Assembly (NCBI GenBank): GCA_963771175.1
Contig: CAVYSY010000010.1
Span: forward strand, 32,001-96,000
Direction of reading: 5' to 3'
DNA: 64,000 nt
From: an uncultured delta proteobacterium
GTDB lineage: Bacteria > Myxococcota > Myxococcia > Myxococcales > Myxococcaceae
Made by a program: the position numbers and the translations under genes. Below are positions 11,351-55,252 of this stretch, one piece after another (position 1 is the stretch's first letter; every line of letters starts with the position of its first letter). The notes under the pieces are model-generated. The model made no database searches and was not told the origin of the DNA. It was given only the letters and a program-made list of their open reading frames with translations.

Positions 11351-12208
11351 ATGAACCTGCCCCCCTATCTTCCCAACCCCTGGCATGAGCTGCTCGAGTC
11401 GCTAACGCATCTCCGCGAATACCCCTGGTTCTCCGGGCGGCTTCGCTACCTCAGGGACTTCACCCGGTGGCAGAGACAGGTGCGCCATCAAGGCCCCCTA
11501 CCCGCCCCAGGACCCCAGCGCCTCACCGTCATCCTCCTCAGCTACCGGCGGGTCCGGAACATGGAGCCCCTGGTGGAGAGCCTGCTGCGTACCGACTTCG
11601 TCGGTCACGTCGTCGTCTCCAACAACAACCCCGCCTACCGGATCTCCGATTGGGTGCGGTTGCGCGACGAGCGCCTGCAGCTGGTGGATCAACCCGTGCG
11701 TCGGCACGCGGGCGTCCGCTTCGAGCTGGCCCGGTCCGCGCCCGGCGACTACTTCGCCAGCATTGATGACGACATCTTCCTGCTGCCCTCCCAGGTCGAG
11801 CACCTCTTCCGCTCGCTGCTCGATGATTCGAGCGTCCCCCACGGACTCCAGGGGGAGAGTCACGACGGCGAGCACGGGCCGGAGGAGACCCAGGGCTGGA
11901 GGGTGAACCTGCGCGGCGAGCAACGGGTGGACAGCATCAACCGCGTCTACTTCTTCACCCGAGAGCACCTGACCGAACTGTACCGGCTCGCGGGCCTCTT
12001 GGGCCTGGAGGTGGGCAACATGTCCAATGGAGAGGATCTGCTGCTGAGCAGCTGCGGCCAGGCGCGGCCCCTCGTCCACGAGGTGGGCAAGGTGACTGAC
12101 TGCCTGTCGGCCTGCCGACGCGGAGTGGCCATCTCGTGGACACACCAGCACTTCTTCCAGGAGCGCACCGCCCTGCTGGCTCGTCTGCGCGCCCTCAAAC
12201 CCCTGTAA
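11351..12208 (+). CDS. GT-A fold glycosyltransferase-like protein (GT2/GT64-like)
   Basis: TVILLSYRR..LVESL..VVVSNNNP N-terminal pattern, SIDDDIFL DxD motif, NGEDLLL late acidic motif. Confidence 0.7.
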   Translation: MNLPPYLPNPWHELLESLTHLREYPWFSGRLRYLRDFTRWQRQVRHQGPLPAPGPQRLTVILLSYRRVRNMEPLVESLLRTDFVGHVVVSNNNPAYRISDWVRLRDERLQLVDQPVRRHAGVRFELARSAPGDYFASIDDDIFLLPSQVEHLFRSLLDDSSVPHGLQGESHDGEHGPEETQGWRVNLRGEQRVDSINRVYFFTREHLTELYRLAGLLGLEVGNMSNGEDLLLSSCGQARPLVHEVGKVTDCLSACRRGVAISWTHQHFFQERTALLARLRALKPL

Positions 12209-12235
12209 GCGGCCCCGCTCGGGGAGGCCCGGCGC

Positions 12236-13204
12236 CTACTGCTCCAGCCGGGAACACCACTGCGCGTCGAAGACGGTGTCCAGGTAGGCCCCGCCCTTGT
12301 CCGCACACAAGAAGACGACCGTGGGGGGCGACATGGCGGACCTGATCCTGGGCAGGTATTCCTTCACCGCCGCGTAGCACGAGCCCGACGAGCCCCCCAC
12401 CAGCAGCCCGTGCTTGAACAGCAGCTCCCGGCAGGCCTTCACCGTCGCGATCTCCGGCACGTTCACCACGTCATCGATGATCGCTTGATCCACCAGCTCC
12501 GCCCGCACGCTCGCCCCGATACCGGGGATGTAACGCTTCTTGGCCGGCTTGCCGAAGATCACCGACCCCTCCGCGTCCACCGCGATCACCTTCGCCGAGG
12601 GGAACTGCTCCTTCACCCGCCTCGACACCCCGGCGATCGTCCCTCCCGTGCTCACGCCCACGAAGACGTAATCCACCTGCTTGAACGCCCGGCAGATCTC
12701 CTCCCCCGTGAACCGGTAGTGCGCCTCCGCCACCTGCGGATTGCCGTACTGGTTCGGCCAGAACACGTCCCCCAGGGTGTTGCGCAGCTCCTGCACCTTG
12801 TTCAGCCGCGTCTTCAGGAAGCCACCCGTGTCGTCCCGCTCCTCCACCTTCACCACCGTCTCGCACATCCGCCGCAGGTAGGCCTCGTTCGCCCCGGCGA
12901 TGTTCGGATCAATCACCGGAATGAACTTCAGCCCCAGCAACCGGCAGTAGCTCGCCATGGCGTTGGCGAAGTTCCCCGAGGAGGACTCGACCAACGTCGT
13001 CTTGTCCGTCACCACCCCCGCCTCCACCGCCGTCTTCAGCAACCAGAACGCCGGGCGATCCTTCAGGCTCCCGAACGGATTGCTGTGCTCCAGCTTCGCG
13101 AACAGCTGGATGCCCTCCTCGACCAGTTCCACCACCGGCGTTTCCCGCAGGCTTCGCTGAAGCTGGTTGATGCGCTCGGCAAGAGAAACGTTCTGATAGT
13201 GCAT
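12236..13204 (-). CDS. sbnA: SbnA-family PLP enzyme of L-2,3-diaminopropionate biosynthesis
   Basis: FAKLEHSNPFGSLKDRPA (PLP Lys), ESSSGNFA, GGFLKTRL, WPNQYGNP, GVSTGGT, GSVIFG..KRYIPGIG, YLDTVF; GAGG RBS before ATG 13204. Confidence 0.88.
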   Translation of the reverse strand: MHYQNVSLAERINQLQRSLRETPVVELVEEGIQLFAKLEHSNPFGSLKDRPAFWLLKTAVEAGVVTDKTTLVESSSGNFANAMASYCRLLGLKFIPVIDPNIAGANEAYLRRMCETVVKVEERDDTGGFLKTRLNKVQELRNTLGDVFWPNQYGNPQVAEAHYRFTGEEICRAFKQVDYVFVGVSTGGTIAGVSRRVKEQFPSAKVIAVDAEGSVIFGKPAKKRYIPGIGASVRAELVDQAIIDDVVNVPEIATVKACRELLFKHGLLVGGSSGSCYAAVKEYLPRIRSAMSPPTVVFLCADKGGAYLDTVFDAQWCSRLEQ

Positions 13205-13444
13205 GGTGGTGGACCTCGCCACTACAGCCTCACTACAATTTTAAAATCAGGACTCAGAGTAATTCCTCCTAATTCCCACAGTCAACAGTTTTTCGAATAA
13301 GCCTGGAATTCCCCTCTTCATGGGCGAGTCCCCGCCCGAGAGCAGTGAAAGGCCGGGGACTTCGGGAGGAGAAGAGCGCGAGGGCCCCCGGCGATTCACT
13401 CCCGCCACAATCTCGTCGTGTCAGTAGATTTCGTTTCACTCTCA

Positions 13445-13471
13445 TTACGGATATCTGTTCAATATCCGTAA
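13445..13471. promoter_or_regulatory. Candidate operator: perfect 10-bp inverted repeat in the divergent sbnA/NRPS promoter region
   Basis: TTACGGATAT-CTGTTCA-ATATCCGTAA in an AT-rich intergenic region, 58 nt upstream of the NRPS ATG. Confidence 0.6.
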
Positions 13472-13529
13472 ATCGAGGCAGCTCGGCCAAAGCACGCGCC
13501 AGGCGCCCTCCCCCCTCATCCGAAGAGCC

Positions 13530-33268
<19,739 letters not shown>

Positions 33269-33334
33269 ATCCGCTCCCCGCCTGGCCCTCCGCCTCCTCA
33301 TTCCCTACTTCTTCATTCGATAGAGCACCTCGCC

Positions 33335-49036
<15,702 letters not shown>

Positions 49037-49040
<4 letters not shown>

Positions 49041-50698
49041 GACTGATCTCCCTGCTGATGAGCCGCTCGCGGCTCTTCATACCGGCGGTGCTGTGCAGCC
49101 TGGGTGCGGGCGCCGCCAGCGCCGGGCTGCTCGCCTTCATCAACCGGGCCCTCTCGGGGGACCCCACCAGCACCCCCTGGCTGCCCATCGGCTTCGCCCT
49201 GCTCGCGCTGCTGGTGCTCCTCACCCGCGTCGTCTCGAACGTGCTGCTCACCCAGCTGCACGAGGGCACGATGTACGAGCTGCGGGTGGACCTGTGCCGC
49301 CGCATCCTCGCCACGCCCCTGCGCCGACTGGAGGAGCTCGGCACGCCCCGGCTGATGGCCTCGCTGTCGGACGACGTGCATGTGATCAGCAACAGCCTGT
49401 TGCTGATGCCCACCCTGGTCAGCCACATCGCGGTCATCGGCGGCTGCCTGGCCTACATGGCCTGGCTCTCCTGGCCCGCCTTCCTGGGCGTCCTGGCCTT
49501 CATGGGGTTGGGAGTGCTGACGTACTGGCTGCCCGCCCGGTACATCGTCCGGCTGCTCCGCATCACCCGCGACACGCAGGACGTCCTCTACAAGAACTTC
49601 CGCGCCCTCACCGAGGGCCTCAAGGAGCTGAAGCTCCACCGTGAGCGGCGCACGGCCTTCCTCCGGGAGGACTTGGAGGACACGGCCTCGCAGCTGCGGC
49701 GGCTGCGCACGCGCAGCAGCAACCTGGACTCCGTCAACAAGATCTGGGGCTCCCTGCTCTTCTTCATCCTGGTGGGGCTGCTGCTCTTCCTCTTTCCCCA
49801 CTTCACCGTGGTGGATCGAGCCACCCTCACCGGCTACACGCTCACCGTGCTGTTCCTGCAGCAGCCGCTGGACACCCTCATCAACGGTGTCTATCTGATC
49901 AGCCAGGGCAACATCGCGCTGACGAAGATTCAGCAGCTCGGACTGGGAGACCCGGAGCACCCGGGGGACGCGCCGCCGCAAGCGCCCGCGGTGGGCACCT
50001 TCCAGCAGCTCGAGCTCGTGGACGTCACCCACAGCTACCACCGCGAGCACGAGGACCGCGCCTTCACCCTGGGCCCGGTGCGGCTGACGCTCCGGCGCGG
50101 GGAGCTCGTCTTCCTGGTGGGCGGCAACGGCAGCGGGAAGACGACCCTGGCCAAGCTCCTCACCGGGCTCTACCGGCCCGAGTCGGGAGAAATCCGCCTC
50201 AATGGCGAGCCCGTCACCGAGGCCAGGAGCGAGGAGTACCGGCAGCACTTCTCCACGGTCTTCTCGGACTTCTTCCTCTTCGAGCGAATGCTGGGGCTGA
50301 CGCCTCCGGACCTGGAGGAGCGGGTGCGCGAGTACCTGCTGCAGCTGCAGTTGGACCGCAAGGTGCGGATGGTGGATGGAGTGCTGTCCACCACGGCGCT
50401 CTCCCAGGGACAGCGCAAGCGTCTGGCGCTGCTCACGGCGTGGCTGGAGGATCGCCCCATCTACGTCTTCGACGAGTGGGCGGCGGATCAGGATCCCACC
50501 TTCAAGCGCGTCTTCTACGAGGAGCTGCTGCCGGAGCTGCGGCGCCAGGGCAGGACGGTGGTGGTCATCTCCCACGACGACAGGTACTTCCACCTGGCGG
50601 ACAGACTCATCCGGCTGGAGTCCGGCCAGCTTCGGGAGGACACCGCCCTGGAAGCGGCGCCCCCGGCCCTCATGGAGAAGAAGAAGGTGCACGCATGA
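49037..50698 (+). CDS. Cyclic peptide export ABC transporter (SyrD/PvdE/YojI family)
   Basis: GTG overlaps the NRPS stop; six TM segments; GLKELKLH; GGNGSGKTT; LSQGQRKRLAL; FDEWAADQDP; ISHDDRYF. Confidence 0.93.
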
Positions 50699-52173
50699 AT
50701 CGCAAGGCCCGGTTGTTCCTGGAGGCGGAGCCCTTCCACAGCGCCGCGGGCGCCATCAACGCCTGGGTGGAGGAGGAGCTGAAGGCGCTCGGCTTCGAGA
50801 CGGAGCGGCACAACCACCACCGCACCAGCGCGCGCGACGCCGCCATGCCGCTGGGCAACGCGCGGCGCCTGCTGCAGCTGCGGGCGCAGCCCCCCGCGGA
50901 CCTCGCCGTCTACTGCGACATGGGCCTGGGCATCCACGCGCCTGGCCGCGAGCTGGCCCGGCGCACGCTCGTGTACTTCCACGGGCTGTACGGTGAGCCC
51001 ACTGCATGGCTGGGCAACCCGCTCATCGATCGCTACGTGGCGCTCTCCCCCTACGTGCAGGACGTGCTCGGCGCGCTGCTGACCACGCCGGACTGGAGCC
51101 GGCGCCAGTGCCTGGAGCCGCGAGGGCCCCAGGTGGTGGACTACCTGGTGCCGACCCTGCCGTGCCTGGAGACACCGGAGGGGGAGCCGCGCATGCCGGG
51201 CGGGGAGCTGCCCGCTGAGGTGCAGCAGGCGCTGGAGCGCGGCGAGGTGCTGGGCCACGCGGTGCAGCCGGGCAAGGCGGACTGGCTGGCCGTGTGCTCC
51301 ATCCTGCTCAACCTCCACGGGCTCGCCCGTGAGCACGGCCGTCCTCCCTTCCGACTGGTGGTGGCCGCCCAGGACTTCGACACGCTCCAGCACGCCCTGC
51401 GCTACGGCCACCCCGCGGACGCCTCGGCGCTGGGCGCGGCCCTGAGCGCCTTCGGCGTGCGCCTGGAGGATCTGCTGCTGCCGGTGGCCCACCTGCGCCA
51501 GCCGGCCCTCTTCCGCCTCTTCAAGGCCGCGCGCTTCGGCCTCTGCTACAACGTCTACCCGGAGCCCTTCGGGCTGTACGTGCTCGAATCGGTGCTCAAC
51601 GGCTGCCCCATCTACACCAACGGGGCCGGCAACAACCGGCACGCGCTGCCTCCCGAGCACGGCATCACCGTGCTGGAGACGCCGGACATGGCCTTCGGAG
51701 ATCCGGGCGCCTACGCGGAGGTGGCGGCCCGCATCTTCCAGGACGTGACCACCCCGGGCACCCACGAGGAGTCCTGCCGGCGAGGCGCGGAGCTCGTGCG
51801 CCGCACCTTCACCCGAGAGGCCTTCTCCTCCAGCTTCCGGGCCTGCCTGTCCCGACTGGAGGAGGGCGCGCCGCCCCTGCCCTTCGACGAGCTGCGCGTG
51901 CGCATCAGCCCCATGGTGCGCCGCATGGACGAGTCCACCGGCCAGGTGGTGTCCGACTACATCCACACCCTGCTCTCCCCCGACGAGCTGCGGCTGATGC
52001 GCGAGGTGGTGGGCCAGCCGGCCGGTGCTCTCGGGCGCGACGGCGGGACGGGCCTCTCGCTCCTCCAGGGCCTCTTCGACAAGGGCGTGCTGTCGCTCGA
52101 CGCCCCGCCCGAGTCGCTCTCCCCCGGCGCCGGCCCCCTCGCCGCCCGGCCCTGGTACGCGCCCCTCCGCTGA
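50695..52173 (+). CDS. GT-B fold (GT4-like) glycosyltransferase-like protein
   Basis: ATGA overlap with the exporter; VYFHG motif; EPFGLYVLES..GCPI matches the GT4 E-x7-E signature. Confidence 0.65.
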   Translation: MNRKARLFLEAEPFHSAAGAINAWVEEELKALGFETERHNHHRTSARDAAMPLGNARRLLQLRAQPPADLAVYCDMGLGIHAPGRELARRTLVYFHGLYGEPTAWLGNPLIDRYVALSPYVQDVLGALLTTPDWSRRQCLEPRGPQVVDYLVPTLPCLETPEGEPRMPGGELPAEVQQALERGEVLGHAVQPGKADWLAVCSILLNLHGLAREHGRPPFRLVVAAQDFDTLQHALRYGHPADASALGAALSAFGVRLEDLLLPVAHLRQPALFRLFKAARFGLCYNVYPEPFGLYVLESVLNGCPIYTNGAGNNRHALPPEHGITVLETPDMAFGDPGAYAEVAARIFQDVTTPGTHEESCRRGAELVRRTFTREAFSSSFRACLSRLEEGAPPLPFDELRVRISPMVRRMDESTGQVVSDYIHTLLSPDELRLMREVVGQPAGALGRDGGTGLSLLQGLFDKGVLSLDAPPESLSPGAGPLAARPWYAPLR

Positions 52174-52262
52174 AGGACCCGCACTCAGAGAAAAATTCGC
52201 TGACACCGTCGCGGTATTTTCATGGTACACACGGAATCCGCGACTGATTGACTGATTAGAGG

Positions 52263-53117
52263 ATGGACATGCAACCCGAGGCATCGGCACCCCAAGACGG
52301 GACGACTCCAGCCAACCCCCAGGCCTCCGGGCTGCTGGAGGGTCTGAAGCAGCGCGCACTGCAGCAGGCGGGAGGTGCCGTCACCCGCGGCGTCATCACC
52401 TTCGCGGAGCAGGTGACGCGAGCCATCGAGCGCACCTCGGACGCGCGGCGCACCTTCTTCGATCCGATGGACTTCCCCTTCACCTCGCACATGGAGAAGC
52501 ACTGGCGCACCGTCCGCGAGGAACTGGACGCGCTCATGCGCGGGGTGGACGTCATGCCCAACTTCCAGGACATCCAGCAGGAGCAGCGAGAGCTGACCAC
52601 GGACGATCGCTGGAAGACGTTCGTCCTCTACGGGTACGGCGTGAAGCTGGAGGACAACTGCCGGCGCTGCCCGATGACGACGCGCCTGGTGGAGAGCATC
52701 CCCGGCATGACGTCCGCCATGTTCTCCATCCTTCGCGGCCCCAAGCACATCCCCCCGCATAACGGGCACTACAAGGGCGTGCTGCGCTACCACCTGGGCC
52801 TCATCGTCCCCGAGCCCGAGAAGAACTACATCCGCGTGGGGCAGGACAAGGCTTCCTGGCAGGAGGGCCAGAGCCTCATCTTCGACGATACCCACGAGCA
52901 TGAGGTGCGCAAGGAGAGCGAGGGGGACCGAGTCGTCCTCTTCGTGGACTTCCTGCGGCCGCTGCCCCCGGTGCTCGACACCCTCAACCGCCTGGTGGTG
53001 AAGACGATCAGTCTGTCCCCCTACATCCGCCAGGGCGAGAAGAACCTCCAGCAGTGGGAGGAGTACTTCGGCCAGGAGTTGGATCAGCGCCGCGGCGCTT
53101 CCGGCAGGCGCTCCTGA
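52263..53117 (+). CDS. Aspartyl/asparaginyl beta-hydroxylase (AspH/LpxO-like) Fe(II)/2OG dioxygenase
   Basis: WKTFVLYGYG, CPMTTRLVESIPG..AMFSIL.GPKHIPPH, LRYHLGLIVP, WQEGQSLIFDDTHEHEV, RVVLFVDF.RP. Confidence 0.88.
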   Translation: MDMQPEASAPQDGTTPANPQASGLLEGLKQRALQQAGGAVTRGVITFAEQVTRAIERTSDARRTFFDPMDFPFTSHMEKHWRTVREELDALMRGVDVMPNFQDIQQEQRELTTDDRWKTFVLYGYGVKLEDNCRRCPMTTRLVESIPGMTSAMFSILRGPKHIPPHNGHYKGVLRYHLGLIVPEPEKNYIRVGQDKASWQEGQSLIFDDTHEHEVRKESEGDRVVLFVDFLRPLPPVLDTLNRLVVKTISLSPYIRQGEKNLQQWEEYFGQELDQRRGASGRRS

Positions 53118-53170
53118 GCCCTCTCGTCGTCGCACCTGGCAGTCCCACCCTCAGCGTTTCACCCTCCCCC

Positions 53171-55219
53171 ATGACACGAACTGGAATGAAGAGCTGGATG
53201 TCCGGGCTCTCCCTGGCACTCGCACTGACCGGATGTACTCCCACCTCGCCGCAGGAACTGACGGCGCTACCCTCGCTCGAGGCGCCCGCCACCACCGCCA
53301 CCGCCGTCACCACTCCGGTGACGGGCTTCGCGGAGATGCACCACCACATGATGGGCGAGGAGGCCTTCTCCGGTGGCTGGTTCCACGGCACGCACCTGGG
53401 ACCCCTGGTGGACTGTGATGGCGGCGAGCCGCCCAGCGATCACGCCCGCGTGCGGCAGGATCTCTCCAGCCTGCTGAACCTGTGCCCTGGCAGCTCCGCC
53501 CTGGACTTGTCGGGGGTGCCGCTGCTCCACGAGCTCTTCTGGGTGGGCGGCGCCGTGGGCTCGGAGATCGTCGGCCAGACGGACAACTCGGAGGGAGATA
53601 CGGGCCTGCACCTGGGCCGCATGAAGGCCCACACCGACTGGCCCCGCTGGGACACCATCGCCCACCAGCAGTCCCTGGGCACCTGGCTCAAGTCCGCCCA
53701 TGACCGCGGCATGAACCTGGTGGTCGTCTCCGCCGTCAGCAACGGCTTCCTCTGCAGCCTGCTGCCCTACGACAACATCAAGCGGCCCTGCGACGAGATG
53801 GTGGACGCGGAGCTGCAGATCCAGATGGCCCGCCAGTTCGCCACCAACAACAGCACCTGGGTGGAGATCGCCCTCTCGCCGTCGCACGCGCGCAGCATCG
53901 TCGCCTCGGGCAAGCTGGCCGTGGTGCTCTCCATCGAGGTGAGCAAGCTCTTCGGCACCAAGAACTGGAGCACCGAGCTGGACCGCTTCTACAACCTGGG
54001 CGTGCGCACGTTGCAGCCGGTGCACCAGCTCGACAACCGCTTCGGCGGAGCGGCGCCGCACAACTCCATCTTCCACGTGGCCCAGTTCACCGAGAACTGC
54101 CACGTCGACTATGACTGCGGCCTCACCACGGGCGACTTCACGCTCGGCTTCGACGTGGACGCCAACTGCCGCAACACCAAGGGCCTGACCACCGAGGGCA
54201 AGGCGCTGATGCAGGCGATGATGTCCAAGGGCATGCTCATCGACGTGGCCCACCTCTCCGAGCGCGGCATCCAGGACGCCTACGCGCTGGCGCAGGCCAA
54301 CACCTACTACCCGCTCTACATCTCCCACGGCCACTTCCGCGAGGTGATGACCCCCAAGCTGGCCGCCAACGAGAAGACGACGCCGGCCTCCGTCGTCAAG
54401 CTCCTCCGGCAGACGGGCGGCATGTTCGGCCTGCGCACGGCGCACGACGAGACGCTCGAGTACACGCGCTCGGGCGTGGCCAACAGCTGCCACGGCTCCA
54501 GCCGCTCCTTCGCGCAGGCCTACCAGTACGGGCGCCTGGGCCTGAAGGTGCCCATGGGCTTCGGCGCGGACATGAACGGCTTCATCCAGCAGACGCGACC
54601 GCGCTTCGGCGACTACGGCGCGTGCTCGGCCACCTTCAAGGCCGAGGCCGACGCCCAGACGAAGCAGCAGCGCGTCAGCGGCCCCAGCGGCGTGGGCACC
54701 GAGTTCGACCAGAAGGGCCTGGCGCACATCGGCCTTCTCCCGGACCTGATAGTCGACCTGGGCAAGCTCGGCGTGGACACCACGGGATTGCAGGGCTCGG
54801 CGGAGACGTTCATCCGCATGTGGGAGCGGGCGGCCGGTACCCGCGCTGGCATGGCGGACGCGGCCACTGACATCGACACCAGCGGCATCGCCCCCTGGGT
54901 CTCCCGCGAGACGCGCGAGCAGGCCTATCCCACGCAGTGCGGCGAGGCCTATGCGCCCGCCTACCAGGTGCTCGGTGGCTCGTGCCGCTTCAACGCCGAG
55001 TGCCAGAGCAACAAGTGCACCTCGGCGCCCTGCACCATCCAGACGGGGACCTGCATCTGTGACGACCACGCCGACTGCGGCACCAACCAGTACTGCGGCT
55101 ATGCCCTCAACAACGGCATCTGCCAGAACAAGAAGGCCTCGGGCGCCCTCTGTGCCTATGGCTTCGAGTGCCTCTCGGCCACCTGCCGCCTGACGATCAC
55201 CGGCACCCGCTGCAAGTAA
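53171..55219 (+). CDS. Lipoprotein membrane dipeptidase (peptidase M19, amidohydrolase fold) with Cys-rich C-terminal domain
   Basis: Lipobox LALTGC; EMHHH, VLSIEV, GVRTLQPVH, GLTTEGK..GMLIDVAHLS, YISHG, FGADMNG; 14 Cys in the last ~95 aa. Confidence 0.8.
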   Translation: MTRTGMKSWMSGLSLALALTGCTPTSPQELTALPSLEAPATTATAVTTPVTGFAEMHHHMMGEEAFSGGWFHGTHLGPLVDCDGGEPPSDHARVRQDLSSLLNLCPGSSALDLSGVPLLHELFWVGGAVGSEIVGQTDNSEGDTGLHLGRMKAHTDWPRWDTIAHQQSLGTWLKSAHDRGMNLVVVSAVSNGFLCSLLPYDNIKRPCDEMVDAELQIQMARQFATNNSTWVEIALSPSHARSIVASGKLAVVLSIEVSKLFGTKNWSTELDRFYNLGVRTLQPVHQLDNRFGGAAPHNSIFHVAQFTENCHVDYDCGLTTGDFTLGFDVDANCRNTKGLTTEGKALMQAMMSKGMLIDVAHLSERGIQDAYALAQANTYYPLYISHGHFREVMTPKLAANEKTTPASVVKLLRQTGGMFGLRTAHDETLEYTRSGVANSCHGSSRSFAQAYQYGRLGLKVPMGFGADMNGFIQQTRPRFGDYGACSATFKAEADAQTKQQRVSGPSGVGTEFDQKGLAHIGLLPDLIVDLGKLGVDTTGLQGSAETFIRMWERAAGTRAGMADAATDIDTSGIAPWVSRETREQAYPTQCGEAYAPAYQVLGGSCRFNAECQSNKCTSAPCTIQTGTCICDDHADCGTNQYCGYALNNGICQNKKASGALCAYGFECLSATCRLTITGTRCK

Positions 55220-55252
55220 CCCCCTCACGCCCCCCCCAGGAGCGCACGGTTC

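Noticed and set aside
12236..13204. Housekeeping cysteine synthase, or a staphyloferrin B siderophore locus
   Set aside because: SbnA-type motifs with an SbnB partner are present, but there are no NIS synthetases or TonB receptor in the window; Dap supply to the NRPS is the simpler reading
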